Assembly: GCA_934621485.1 (NCBI GenBank)
Contig: CAKTUS010000002.1
Span: forward strand, 12,656-76,655
Direction: 5' to 3'
Source: an uncultured Clostridia bacterium
GTDB taxonomy: Bacteria; Bacillota; Clostridia; Christensenellales; Aristaeellaceae
DNA length: 64,000 nucleotides
Shown: positions 46,094-56,210 of the stretch, one piece after another
Numbering within the stretch: position 1 is the first letter of the stretch
Layout: each line of letters begins with the position of its first letter
Notes under the pieces: generated by a model
The model's database searches: none
Seen by the model: the letters and a program-made list of their open reading frames with translations, nothing else
Told to the model about the DNA's origin: nothing
Program-made: the position numbers and the translations under genes

Positions 46094-47455
46094 TTAGTTC
46101 AGTTCATTCACAATCTGCTTAAAGATTTCGCCGCGCTGCTCATAATCCCGGAACATATCGAAGCTGGCGCAGGCGGGAGACAGCAGCACGTTGCCGCCGG
46201 ATACGGCCAGCTTACGAGCCTTATCCACGGCGTCCTGCATGCTGTAAGCCTGGGTAATGGCGGTAAAGCCCGCTTCCTCCAGCTGCGTGCGGATCTGCTT
46301 GGCGGTTTCCCCCATCACCACCACCTCGCCAATCTGGCCGGAGGCGATAATTTCCTTGCACAGGGGCATAAAATCCGTGTGCTTGTCATAGCCGCCCAGC
46401 AGCAGCACCGTGCGGCTCTTCATGCTTTGCACGGCCTTGATGGTGGAATCTACGTTGGTGCCCTTGCTGTCGTTGATGTAGGTAACTCCCTCCAGCACGC
46501 GCACCTTTTCAATGCGGTGCTCTACGCCGGTAAAGGACATCAGCGTATGGCGAATGACCGGGGCGGGAATACCCAGCACGCTGGCCATGGCCGTAGCCGC
46601 CAGTGCGTTTTCCAGATTGTGAGGGCCGGGAATCAAAATCTGATCCACATCGCAGATGGCGCGACGCGCGCCCTTCCACTGCCACACCACCTTGCCGTTT
46701 TCTACAAAGGCGCCGTTTTCCACCGGCTGAGTGCGGCTGAACAGAGCCAGCTGCGCCTTCAGTTTGGGCGCCATCTTCATCAGCGTGGCGTCGTCCATGT
46801 TCAAAACCGCATAGTCCTGCTCGGTCTGGTTTTCAAAGATGCGCTGCTTCAGGCGAATATACTGGGCCATGGTGCCGTGACGGTTCAGGTGGTCCTCGGT
46901 AATGTTCAGCAACGCCGCCACATGGGGATGAAAGGTTTTCACACTTTCCAGCTGGAAGCTGGAAACCTCCACCACCGTCATGTCTTCTTTGCGGCTTTCC
47001 AGGGCCACCGCGGAAAGCGGGTAGCCAATGTTGCCCGCCACATGGGTAACGCGCCCGGCATTTTCAAAAATCCTGCCCAGCAGCGTGGTGGTAGTGGTTT
47101 TGCCGTTGGTGCCGGAAATGGCCGCCATATCGCCCTTAAGCAGCGAGGAGGCCAACTCCAGTTCGCCCACCATGGGCACGCCCTTTTCCCTGGCAGCGGT
47201 TACCACCGGCGCGTCGATAGGCACGCCCGGGCTGATGACCAGCCCTTCCGCCTCGTTAAGCAGCTCCACCGGGTCTTCGCCCAGGCGAAACTCGCACGCC
47301 GTACCACGAAGCTCATCCAGAACGTGGCCGAAGGCTTCTTCCTTCTTCCGGTCTGAAAGCACGGGAACCGCGCCGTTATGAATGAGCAGCTGCGCCGCCG
47401 CGATACCGCTGCGAGCCAGGCCCACGACCAAAATGCGTTTTCCTGCCAGTTTCAT
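46094..47455 (-). CDS. murD: UDP-N-acetylmuramoylalanine--D-glutamate ligase
   Basis: GLARSGIAAAQLL and GTNGKTTTT are present. The ATG at 47455 follows GGAGGAGGG. Confidence 0.95.
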   Translation of the reverse strand: MKLAGKRILVVGLARSGIAAAQLLIHNGAVPVLSDRKKEEAFGHVLDELRGTACEFRLGEDPVELLNEAEGLVISPGVPIDAPVVTAAREKGVPMVGELELASSLLKGDMAAISGTNGKTTTTTLLGRIFENAGRVTHVAGNIGYPLSAVALESRKEDMTVVEVSSFQLESVKTFHPHVAALLNITEDHLNRHGTMAQYIRLKQRIFENQTEQDYAVLNMDDATLMKMAPKLKAQLALFSRTQPVENGAFVENGKVVWQWKGARRAICDVDQILIPGPHNLENALAATAMASVLGIPAPVIRHTLMSFTGVEHRIEKVRVLEGVTYINDSKGTNVDSTIKAVQSMKSRTVLLLGGYDKHTDFMPLCKEIIASGQIGEVVVMGETAKQIRTQLEEAGFTAITQAYSMQDAVDKARKLAVSGGNVLLSPACASFDMFRDYEQRGEIFKQIVNELN

Positions 47456-47475
47456 CAAAGCTTCCCTCCTCCAAG

Positions 47476-48504
47476 TTACGGAATCAGCTTCAGCGACAGC
47501 AGCGCAATCAGGCACAAAATGCCTTCCACAATGGAGTACATCGCAACAATCTGCTGTTCGCTCATGCCGCAAAGCTCAAAATGGTGGTGAATGGGCGACA
47601 TCTTAAAGATGCGCCTGCCATGGGTTACCTTGAAATAAATCCGCTGGATAATGACGCTCATGGACGAAGCAAAGGGCGTAAACATCACTAGCAGCATGAA
47701 AATGGGCATACGAAGCAACATGGACATGCCGACCATGGCCCCGCCGATAAACATGCTGCCCGTATCTCCCATGAACACCAGCGCCGGGTAATGATTAAAG
47801 CGCAGAAAGCCCATGCAACCGCCTGCCAGCGCCATGGCAAAAACGGCCAGGTACTGGTAGTTTTGCGAAAGGGATGGAGCCATGGCGGCAGAAGCCATCA
47901 CCACAAACAGGGCCATCAGGCCCCAGGTAGCGCTGCCGATGACGGTTACGCTGCTGAGCAGTCCGTCCAGGCCGTCCTGAAGATTGGCGCTGTTAACCAT
48001 GAAAATCATCACGCAGGTCATCAGCGGCACGTAAAACACGCCCAGATCCCACTCCACATTGAAGAAGGGCACAAGGATGCTGCTGCCCACATAGGGATTG
48101 ACGTAGCAATACAGGGAAAACGCCACGGACACCAGCACCTGGCCCACAACCTTCTGCCACCAGATCAGGCCCAGATTGCGCTTCTTGACCACCTTGATAT
48201 AGTCGTCTATGAAGCCAATCAGTAAATTCAGCAGGGCCACCAGCACGGTAGCCAGGCCAAAATTCCAAAAGCCCAGGCTTTCGCCGCCAGAGGTGTACAC
48301 CAGCAACAGCGTTACCACACAAGCCACCGCCGCAAACATCAGCCCGCCCATGGTGGGCGTTCCCTGCTTCACCTGGTGGCTTTTAGGGCCAAGCTCGTAC
48401 TCCGTTTGGCCGAATTTCAGCTTGCGCAAAACCGGCAGTACCCGGGGGCCAATCAGCAGCATGGCAACGACGGACAAAACCAGCGCCAAAATCAGCTTCG
48501 TCAT
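47476..48504 (-). CDS. mraY: Phospho-N-acetylmuramoyl-pentapeptide transferase
   Basis: KxGTPTMGG, NxxNLxDGLDGL and HHHFE motifs are present. Confidence 0.97.
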   Translation of the reverse strand: MTKLILALVLSVVAMLLIGPRVLPVLRKLKFGQTEYELGPKSHQVKQGTPTMGGLMFAAVACVVTLLLVYTSGGESLGFWNFGLATVLVALLNLLIGFIDDYIKVVKKRNLGLIWWQKVVGQVLVSVAFSLYCYVNPYVGSSILVPFFNVEWDLGVFYVPLMTCVMIFMVNSANLQDGLDGLLSSVTVIGSATWGLMALFVVMASAAMAPSLSQNYQYLAVFAMALAGGCMGFLRFNHYPALVFMGDTGSMFIGGAMVGMSMLLRMPIFMLLVMFTPFASSMSVIIQRIYFKVTHGRRIFKMSPIHHHFELCGMSEQQIVAMYSIVEGILCLIALLSLKLIP

Positions 48505-48510
48505 CCTGCA

Positions 48511-49980
48511 TCACTCCTTGGTATGTTCCCGCATTTCTTCCAGCAGTTCGCGCACAACCACCTTTTCATCAAAGGGACGCTTCACGCCCATGATGTCCTG
48601 ATAGGTTTCGTTCCCCTTGCCTGCCAGAATAATCACATCGCCCTCCCGGCCCATTTCCAGGGCGTACCGAATGGCCTCCCGGCGGTTTTCAATTATTACA
48701 TAGGGGCCGTCCGTTTTTTTCATTCCCTCTTCAATAGACCGAAGAATCAGGTTTGGATCCTCGGTGCGGGGGTTATCGCTGGTGAGAATGGAGAAATCGG
48801 CCAGCCGCCCCACAACTTCTCCCATGATGGGCCGCTTGCCATGATCCCGGTCTCCGCCGCAGCCAAACAGCACAATCAGGCGCTTCTTGGTAAAGGTGCG
48901 CACGGTGGTCAACACGTTTTCCAGCGCGTCCGGGGAATGAGCATAGTCCAAAATCACTTTATAGGGCGTGTGCGTATCCAGCACCTCCACCCGGCCGGGA
49001 ACGTTCAAAACGCTTTCCAAGCCTTCGCGAATGGCCTTTTGGTCAATGCCCAGAATCATGGCCAACGAGGCCGCCGCCAGCGCGTTGTACACATTGAACA
49101 TACCCGTCAGGTGCATGTGAATGGGCATTTCCTCCAGGCCCCGCAGGCGAATGGAAAAGGATACGCCGTTTTCCGAAATTTCGATGTCCCGGGCAAACAC
49201 ATCCGCCTCGGCGCTGATGCCATACGTCAGATAGGGAATGTTCAATTCGCCGATAATGCGTTCGGTGGTTTCCTCATCGGCGTTCAGGGCCGCATTGCGC
49301 ACGGAGCCGCCGGTGAAAAAGCTCTTTTTGGCCTGAAAATAGTTTTCCATGGTGCCGAAATAGTCCAGATGGTCCTGAGACAGGTTGGTATAGCAGGCTG
49401 CTTCAAAGGTAACGCCGTCCAACCGGTGCATATCGACCGCATGAGCGCTTACCTCCATGCTGACCACTTCCACGCCTTCATCCACCATTTGCCGGAGACA
49501 GCGGTGCAAATCCACCGGGTCGGGGGTGGTCATATTGCTGGGCAGATGTCTGTCGCCAATCATGTTGCCCGTGGTGCCAATGAGCCCGGTTTTCAGACCC
49601 GCTTTCTCCAAAATGGCCTTCATCAGGTAGCTGGTGGTGGTTTTCCCCTTTGTGCCGGTAACGCCCACCATGCGCAGACTTTTTTCGGGATGGCCGTAGA
49701 AAGCGGCGGCAATGTACGCCATGGCCGAGCGGGCGTTTTCCACGCGCACCTGCACTGCCCGGCAATCCACAAAACGCTCCACAATCAGCGCCGTGCAGCC
49801 GTTTTCCACCGCCTGGGCGGCGAAGTTGTGGGCGTCAAAGCGCAGGCCGCTGATGCAAAAGAACAGGCCGTTTCGGGTTTTCTCACGGCTGTTGGTCATC
49901 AGCGCTTCGATGGGTACCTCCATGCTTCCCCGGGTCTCCAGCACGCCCGGCACATCCACCAGCAATTTCTCAAGTAGCAT
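48511..49980 (-). CDS. murE: UDP-N-acetylmuramoyl-L-alanyl-D-glutamate--2,6-diaminopimelate ligase
   Basis: GVTGTKGKTTT and the DNPR motif (TSDNPRTEDP) indicate DAP-type MurE. The ATG at 49980 follows GGATGGAGG. Confidence 0.95.
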   Translation of the reverse strand: MLLEKLLVDVPGVLETRGSMEVPIEALMTNSREKTRNGLFFCISGLRFDAHNFAAQAVENGCTALIVERFVDCRAVQVRVENARSAMAYIAAAFYGHPEKSLRMVGVTGTKGKTTTSYLMKAILEKAGLKTGLIGTTGNMIGDRHLPSNMTTPDPVDLHRCLRQMVDEGVEVVSMEVSAHAVDMHRLDGVTFEAACYTNLSQDHLDYFGTMENYFQAKKSFFTGGSVRNAALNADEETTERIIGELNIPYLTYGISAEADVFARDIEISENGVSFSIRLRGLEEMPIHMHLTGMFNVYNALAAASLAMILGIDQKAIREGLESVLNVPGRVEVLDTHTPYKVILDYAHSPDALENVLTTVRTFTKKRLIVLFGCGGDRDHGKRPIMGEVVGRLADFSILTSDNPRTEDPNLILRSIEEGMKKTDGPYVIIENRREAIRYALEMGREGDVIILAGKGNETYQDIMGVKRPFDEKVVVRELLEEMREHTKE

Positions 49981-49997
49981 CTGTATTCCTCCATCCT

Positions 49998-52121
49998 TTA
50001 TGGATTGGGCAACGAAAAAGTGACCGTGACCCACTGATCCTGGGTCACATAGCTGCCGGCGGCAGGCTCCTGACGGGTAGCGAAGCCCGTTCCGTCAATC
50101 TGCATGTCCAGCCCCCGCTGACGAAGCAGCGCCGCGGCGTCTGCAATGGACAGGCCCTGGACATCCGGCACGCAAACCAGCGTTTCCGTCGGGGGCAGTG
50201 AGTCCGTATAGGTATACAGCATCACCTGTCCGCCGGCCGTCAGGCTGCCGCCTGCGCTGGGCATTTGGGCCGTTACGCTATCGCCCGCCCCGTCGTCCAG
50301 CACGCGAAAGCCCGCTTCCGACATCAGTTTACGGGCCTGCCACAGGGGCTGCCCCACCACGTCGGGCACCGTAACGGTTTGCCGCTGCTCTCCGTTTTCC
50401 GGCCGATAACCTAAATAAGGTAACACATCCGCCAGGATTTGTCCAGCAAAAGGCGCGGCGGTGGTTCCGCCGTAATCCACAGGGGTGTCGGCCTCGTCCA
50501 CAATAACCAGCAGCGCAATGCGCGGGTCGTCTGCCGGGGCAAAGCCCAGGAAGGAACCGATGTGCACATCCCGCACAATGCGGCCCTCCTTGTATACCTG
50601 CGCCGTGCCTGTTTTCCCGCCGATGCGGTAGCCGGGAACCGCTGCGTTTTTGGCGCCGCCCTTTTCCACCACAGCCTCCAGCAACAGGCGCATGGTTTGG
50701 CTGGTTTCTTCCGAAATGGGATTGGAAACCACCCGAGGCTGAGCGCGGTAGAGAACCGTGCCTTCCGGCGACAGGGCCTCCTTCAGCAGATAGGGCTGCA
50801 TCAGTCTGCCGCCGTTGATTACCGCGCAGGCCGCCGTGATCATCTGAATGGGGGTCACGGCTACGCTTTGTCCAAAGCCAATGCGCGCCAAATCCACATT
50901 CTTGACCGATTTCACGGGTATTAGTATACCACTTTCCTCCCCCTGTAAGTCAACATTGGTTTTTGAGCCTAAGCCAAATGCGTGCAGGTATTGATACATG
51001 CGCTCCGAGCCAAGACGCAGAGCCAGTTCCACAAACACGGGATTGCAGCTGTTTTGCAGCCCCTGAGCCATGGTTTCCGCCTCATGGGGCCTGCCCCAGC
51101 AGCGAATGGTATCGCCGTCCACCTTGATTTTGGCCGAGCAGTAAAAGCGGTCCTCCGGGGTGGTAACGCCTGCATCCAGGGCGGCGGCGGCGGTCAGCAT
51201 CTTAAAGGTGGAGCCCGGTTCATAAGCGTCGGAAATGAGCCGGATGCGCATGAGCTGCTGCAAAGCGTCGGCCTGGTCGCGGGGCGGATCGTTGGGGTCG
51301 TAATCCGGCTTGGAGCACATGGCCAAAATGGCGCCGGTGTAAGGGTCCATGGCAATGCAGTGAACGGCCTGGGCTTTGTTCACCCGGTAGCACTCCCGCA
51401 TGGCCTTTTCGCAGATTTCCTGAATGGCGGCATCAATGGTCAGGCGCACAGTGCCGCCATTTTGCGGCTCAATATACAGATTGCCGCTGTCGTAGATGGG
51501 CTGCGAGCGTCCGTCCACGCTGCGCATGGTGCGCCCTGCCTGGCCCCGCAGCAGGCTTTCATACTGCTGCTCCACACCGGATTGCCCCACGCCGTCCACA
51601 TTGGTCAGCCCCAGGGTTTGGGTCAGAAACGCGCCGCGCGGATATACTCTGCGCACATCCTCGTCAAAAATCAGCGCTTTCATTTCCCGGGCCAGCGCTT
51701 CATTGTCAGAAGCCTGCATCCGGCGCAATTCATCAGCCTTTTCCCGGCTCACCTGGCGTTTCAGGGTAACCGATGCTTTCGTTCGGTCCTTCAGCCGGTT
51801 TTCGACGCTTTCCTCCGATAAATCCAAAATCGGACATATCGTTTGTACAAACAAAGATATGTCCGATACCTTGCGAGGGTTTACATTCACGATATACGCC
51901 GTGGCGCTCATCGCCAGGGTTTGGCCCCGGGCATCCTCAATGCTGCCCCGCCGGGCATAAACGGTGCCTTCCCGGGTCCATTGTCGAATTCCTCGCTGCG
52001 TGAGGCTGGCAGACTGACTGGTGGTGAGGTGCGCCACCCGCAGCGTAAGCAAGGCAAAGAGAAAAATCATCAGCAGCAGCAGCGTCAAAACCCGCTTGCG
52101 AATATGCAGCTCCGTAGGCAT
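49998..52121 (-). CDS. Class B penicillin-binding protein (SpoVD/PBP2B-like) with two PASTA domains
   Basis: N-terminal TM anchor, the STFK active-site motif (GSTFKMLT), SxN (SCN), KTGT, and two C-terminal PASTA repeats (VPDVVGQP.. and VPDVQGLS..). The ATG at 52121 follows GGGGGAA. Confidence 0.93.
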   Translation of the reverse strand: MPTELHIRKRVLTLLLLMIFLFALLTLRVAHLTTSQSASLTQRGIRQWTREGTVYARRGSIEDARGQTLAMSATAYIVNVNPRKVSDISLFVQTICPILDLSEESVENRLKDRTKASVTLKRQVSREKADELRRMQASDNEALAREMKALIFDEDVRRVYPRGAFLTQTLGLTNVDGVGQSGVEQQYESLLRGQAGRTMRSVDGRSQPIYDSGNLYIEPQNGGTVRLTIDAAIQEICEKAMRECYRVNKAQAVHCIAMDPYTGAILAMCSKPDYDPNDPPRDQADALQQLMRIRLISDAYEPGSTFKMLTAAAALDAGVTTPEDRFYCSAKIKVDGDTIRCWGRPHEAETMAQGLQNSCNPVFVELALRLGSERMYQYLHAFGLGSKTNVDLQGEESGILIPVKSVKNVDLARIGFGQSVAVTPIQMITAACAVINGGRLMQPYLLKEALSPEGTVLYRAQPRVVSNPISEETSQTMRLLLEAVVEKGGAKNAAVPGYRIGGKTGTAQVYKEGRIVRDVHIGSFLGFAPADDPRIALLVIVDEADTPVDYGGTTAAPFAGQILADVLPYLGYRPENGEQRQTVTVPDVVGQPLWQARKLMSEAGFRVLDDGAGDSVTAQMPSAGGSLTAGGQVMLYTYTDSLPPTETLVCVPDVQGLSIADAAALLRQRGLDMQIDGTGFATRQEPAAGSYVTQDQWVTVTFSLPNP

Positions 52122-52208
52122 ACATGTTCCCCCTATATGGCTTGATAAGAAGATGTATGCGTACCCGGAAAAAGCTATGCCGGTTTCGACGCTTTCTGTC
52201 ACAGAACG

Positions 52209-52835
52209 CTAATGACTGGCCGTCATGGGAATGGGCGTGTTGCCGGCGGCCTGCACATCCGCGTTTTCTGGGGCGGCCTGCGCCGTTGCCTGCCGGGTTT
52301 CCAGCGGCCGGGTGTTTACGCTCACCAGGTGAATAGCCGTTACCGATTCGGCCGGTATCATGTTCAAATCTCTGGCGGCGGCATAGCAAATGACCGCAGC
52401 ATCGGAGGCTTCGTCAATCTGCTCCTGAATCAGGTCGTTTTGGGCGCGGCAATCGGCAATGCCGCGTTCCAGCCGGTTGATATCCTTTTGCCGCTCCACA
52501 ATGGCGCTTTGCTGCACCAGCACATATAAGCCGCAGCTGAAGAGCAGCAGCGCAATCAAAAAGACGCCCAGCCGGAGGGAAATGCGCACGCCGCCCTTGC
52601 TCATTTCCCGGGCCACGGATTCCTCCAGTGCCTTTTCCTCCCGCTCCAGCCGTTCCATTTCCAACCGTTTGCCCTGGGTGCGGCAGCGGCGTTGATAATC
52701 CGGCTTCAGCTGTCCGGTAAGCAGGTCCACGTCGCCGCCCGGCAAAAACACGCCGTAAGAAACGCTCATGCGGCTATTGGGCACATAACGTTGAGAGGGG
52801 CCAAAGCTGTCGTACATGGGTTCATACTGTGACAT
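52209..52835 (-). CDS. FtsL-like septum formation protein with a long cytoplasmic N-terminus
   Basis: A single TM helix (LGVFLIALLLFSCGLYVLV) is followed by a coiled coil. Its position between mraZ and the PBP fits. Confidence 0.7.
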   Translation of the reverse strand: MSQYEPMYDSFGPSQRYVPNSRMSVSYGVFLPGGDVDLLTGQLKPDYQRRCRTQGKRLEMERLEREEKALEESVAREMSKGGVRISLRLGVFLIALLLFSCGLYVLVQQSAIVERQKDINRLERGIADCRAQNDLIQEQIDEASDAAVICYAAARDLNMIPAESVTAIHLVSVNTRPLETRQATAQAAPENADVQAAGNTPIPMTASH

Positions 52836-52865
52836 GAACGTTTCTCCTTTCTGGCTATTGCCAGG

Positions 52866-53390
52866 TTACTCCTCCAGGTTTCCGATTTCTTCCAAAATCT
52901 CCTCGCGATGCTCGCGATAGTAGTCGTCCTCCTGCCGGGCTGCGGCGCTGTCCACGATGCGCACATGATCCAGCGCGCCGCTGACCTCCACATCCCTGGC
53001 GTCGCCAAGCACATATTGGCGCAGCTTTACCGGCAGCAACACGCGCCCCTGGTTATCCGCCTGCACTCCCGGATAGCTGTATTTGGCCACATGGTCCTGC
53101 TGCTTTTGCACCGAAGGCTTACGGCGGTTCAGCGCATACAGCTCCGTCAGCATTTCCTCAAAGCCGGCGTCCGGATAAAGGGCAATGGCGCGGTCATCCA
53201 GGCTAATGGTGATGGTGAAGCTCTCGCCCAGCGCTTTTCGGTAGGCGGTAGGAATAATCAAACGGCCCTTGGCGTCAATGGAGTGATCGTAACTACCGAA
53301 AAATGTGAGTTTTCGCGGTTTTTCAGACGCTTGCGAATCCAACCGGGTGTTGTCATCCACGCCTGTCGCCCTCCCCACATTTTGCTCCAC
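52866..53390 (-). CDS. mraZ: Transcriptional regulator MraZ
   Basis: Two SpoVT/AbrB-like repeats carry the DxKGR motif (SIDAKGRLIIP and ADNQGRVLLP). There is no in-frame ATG. Candidate starts are GTG at 53390 or GTG at 53360, the latter preceded by GGGGAGGG. GTGG-type boxes occur at 53374-53430 on the minus strand. Confidence 0.9.
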   Translation of the reverse strand: MEQNVGRATGVDDNTRLDSQASEKPRKLTFFGSYDHSIDAKGRLIIPTAYRKALGESFTITISLDDRAIALYPDAGFEEMLTELYALNRRKPSVQKQQDHVAKYSYPGVQADNQGRVLLPVKLRQYVLGDARDVEVSGALDHVRIVDSAAARQEDDYYREHREEILEEIGNLEE

Positions 53391-53653
53391 TTATCACCCC
53401 TTTTAGGGATGTGGCACCATTATGCCCCACTTTTTGGGAAAGTGCAACGAAACAAAAGTTCCATATCTTTCCATTTTGAAACATTTCTGTACGGAAACAG
53501 CTCCTTCATTAAGAACGGTCGTTCGCATCATTTTATGACAAAAAAAAGAAAGCTTTCAATCCCTTTCTTTACAAGGGTTGAAAGCATGCGAACGTATGTT
53601 TTCGTCCAAATATATTTCAAAAACGAAACAAATTTGTAATTATAATTTAATAA

Positions 53654-54349
53654 TTATTCAAACAGTTTTTTAGGGCAGAAGTGGAGCGCATCGCAAGACG
53701 TCAGCACATAGTCGATTTCCTTGCGCCGTCCTTCAAACGCGATTTTGATGCCCGCGCCATGCAAGTGCCCATATACCACACGTTTCACAGGATACTCTTC
53801 CAGAATATCCGTAAAAGCCGTTCCCTCACCGTCTGCCAGCAAGGGCGGATAGTGCATCATCACCGTAATTTCTTCCCGGGAAAGGGCGCAGGCTTTTTCC
53901 AGCGACATGCGAAGCCGCAATAGCTCCCGCCGGTAGATCTTCTCATCCTCCGCTCCCAAAGGCGACTGAGGCGTTGGCAGATTCCACCCCCGAGTACCGC
54001 AAAACACCAAGCCATCCAGCAGAAGTGCATCATTTTGGATAGCGAACATGCCCTCCGGCAAAACCGCCCTGAGTTTGCTTAATGAATTCCACCAATAATC
54101 ATGATTTCCGCGCAAAAGCAGCTTGCGGCCAGGAAGGGCCGCAATGGCGTTTAAGTCGTCCGCGGCTTGCGCAAGCTGCATCGCCCAGCTGATGTCGCCG
54201 GGAATAAGCACAATATCCTCTTGTGAAATCAGCTGTCTCCAATGGTCGCTAATGGTTTCAAAATGGCGGTCCCAGTGGCTGCCAAACACATCCATGGGTT
54301 TCTTCTCATGACCCGGCAGATGTAGATCGCCAATTGCAAATACAGCCAT
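53654..54349 (-). CDS. Metallophosphoesterase family protein
   Basis: GDLHL, PGDISW, GNHDYWW and GHLH motifs are present. Confidence 0.85.
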   Translation of the reverse strand: MAVFAIGDLHLPGHEKKPMDVFGSHWDRHFETISDHWRQLISQEDIVLIPGDISWAMQLAQAADDLNAIAALPGRKLLLRGNHDYWWNSLSKLRAVLPEGMFAIQNDALLLDGLVFCGTRGWNLPTPQSPLGAEDEKIYRRELLRLRMSLEKACALSREEITVMMHYPPLLADGEGTAFTDILEEYPVKRVVYGHLHGAGIKIAFEGRRKEIDYVLTSCDALHFCPKKLFE

Positions 54350-54371
54350 TCTTTCGCCCTTTCAGGTGGAA

Positions 54372-54773
54372 TTACATGTCCTCGTCGTCTTCGTTTTCGG
54401 CTTCTTCGTCTTCCATTACGCTCTCCAGGGACAGTTCCTGTTCCATATCGCTAAATTCGCCTTCGGGCATGTCCTCATGAATCTGCGGGATAATCTCATC
54501 CATGGTGCTGACGGATTTAATCCCAATCTTGCTCTCGTCCACCACCGTCTGGCGCTCCTCAATCGATTCATCCGATCCCTCGCTGTTCATTTCTTTCAGG
54601 CAGCTCAGGCACACATCGCGACCGGGCAATGCCGGAGAGGCGTTGCATACGGAGCACATCTCCATTTCATCCTCCACCTGAGAGCCTTTCATCTCGCGCA
54701 GGCATACCTTGCACAGCTTTTCGTTTTCCTGAATATAATTCAGTTCGCAACGGGGGCATTTCACAAGTTTCAT
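54372..54773 (-). CDS. Double zinc-ribbon protein with a strongly acidic tail
   Basis: CPRC..CKVC and CSVC..CLSC pairs are followed by about 70 aa rich in Asp and Glu. No family was recognised. Confidence 0.6.
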   Translation of the reverse strand: MKLVKCPRCELNYIQENEKLCKVCLREMKGSQVEDEMEMCSVCNASPALPGRDVCLSCLKEMNSEGSDESIEERQTVVDESKIGIKSVSTMDEIIPQIHEDMPEGEFSDMEQELSLESVMEDEEAENEDDEDM

Positions 54774-54924
54774 CGTAAAGGTTCCTCCTCTATTTTGGGC
54801 GGCATGTTTCCGTTTGGAAACATTACCATGGAAATACGCTGGAAAATCAATTGCGTTTTTGAGACGAAATTATTACGATTGTATTACGTCTTAGACGTAC
54901 TTATTTCACATTTGGAGGTGCACC

Positions 54925-55824
54925 ATGACTCGAAAACAAAAGCTGATCGCTCTGTTTCTTACTGCAAGCTTAACCGCAAGCCACAGCGCGCTGGCTTCTA
55001 CCGGCGCTCCTACATCGCAATTCGGCTTTAAGGGATGGCCCTATCGCAACAATTCCTGTCAAACGCCGTCGGAAACGCCCAAGGGAACCTGCCCCACTGT
55101 GCAACCGGCGCAGCCAAGCGTCGCTCCTACGGTGCTGCCTGCGGAAACGCCTCGCGCTACCGCCGCGCCCTGTCCGACTGTTTCGGAAGCCACCGTTTGC
55201 CCAACGGAAGCGCCTACGCCAACCCCGGCGTCTGAAACGCCGCTGCCGACCCCTACGGCGGAACCAACCGCTACGGCCGTATCCACGCCAACCGCTACGC
55301 CGGTTCAAACCCCTGCGGCAACGCCCCGTCCAACCGCTACCAAACAGCCCTCCGCAACGCCCACGCAAACGCCTGAAATCACCAAAAATCCTGGAGAAAC
55401 GGCATCCCCGCCCTCCACAGACGAAGATTATACTACGGATTCCATAACGGCGCAAGAAGAAATTGCATTTCTTTTACTAAATCAGGACAGAAGTGCCAAC
55501 GGCCTTTCCGGCCTGACCGTAGACCCGGCGCTCTGTGAGCTGGCCCGTAAAAAAAGCCAGGATATGCGCGACAACCATTACTTCGCCCACACCTCTCCCA
55601 CCTATGGGAGCGCCTCTCAAATGCTCAAAACCTTTGGCTACGCCTTTACCTCTGTAGGAGAAAACATCGCCCATCATGCCACAGTGGAAAAAGCGCAGGC
55701 CGCCTTCATGAGCAGCAGCGGCCACCGGCAAAACATTTTGGGCAGTCAGTGGACCAAAATGGGCGTAGGCGTGTGCTATGACAGCCAGGGGTATGTGTAC
55801 GTAACGCAGTTGTTTGTACGCTGA
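54925..55824 (+). CDS. Secreted CAP/SCP domain protein (YkwD-like) with a Thr/Pro-rich linker
   Basis: Signal peptide, a linker of about 130 aa (PT/AT repeats), and a C-terminal CAP domain (HYFAHTSPTYGS..GENIA..SSSGHRQNIL). Confidence 0.85.
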   Translation: MTRKQKLIALFLTASLTASHSALASTGAPTSQFGFKGWPYRNNSCQTPSETPKGTCPTVQPAQPSVAPTVLPAETPRATAAPCPTVSEATVCPTEAPTPTPASETPLPTPTAEPTATAVSTPTATPVQTPAATPRPTATKQPSATPTQTPEITKNPGETASPPSTDEDYTTDSITAQEEIAFLLLNQDRSANGLSGLTVDPALCELARKKSQDMRDNHYFAHTSPTYGSASQMLKTFGYAFTSVGENIAHHATVEKAQAAFMSSSGHRQNILGSQWTKMGVGVCYDSQGYVYVTQLFVR

Positions 55825-55829
55825 TGATT

Positions 55830-55862
55830 TTCCGCGCGGGCGTTTCCCACGTCCGCGCGGAA
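55830..55862. terminator. Bidirectional hairpin between convergent genes
   Basis: ttccgcgcgg-13 nt-ccgcgcggaa. Confidence 0.6.
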
Positions 55863-55871
55863 GAAGCTTCC

Positions 55872-56210
55872 TTAGCGAACGCGCATCCGGCGGGCAAAGC
55901 TGGACGGCTGCCTGCCGGGCCCTGCATAACACGGAAACGACCGCCTGGCGTAGGGATTGCTGCTTACGCCGGCAGCCCGCAGCACGCCTCTGCCCGCCAT
56001 GCTGCCGCGAGAACGCACATACGTACTCAGGGCTAATTCCTCCAGAGGCCTGCCGTCCTGTGGCAGGGGCTGAAAGGGATCCTGCGCCGCCTGCACATGG
56101 GTAAAGCGGTCGGAGAACCGCGGCTCCGCAATGGCCTGTCTTGGAAGGGCGGGCAGCAGCACAGCCTCGCTGATTTGCAGCGCCGGGCGCATCCAGGGAA
56201 CACTCTGCAT
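55872..56210 (-). CDS. Hypothetical protein with an Arg-rich C-terminus
   Basis: ATG (MQSVPWMRP...) follows AAAGGAGAA. It is bracketed by terminators. No family was recognised. Confidence 0.45.
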   Translation of the reverse strand: MQSVPWMRPALQISEAVLLPALPRQAIAEPRFSDRFTHVQAAQDPFQPLPQDGRPLEELALSTYVRSRGSMAGRGVLRAAGVSSNPYARRSFPCYAGPGRQPSSFARRMRVR

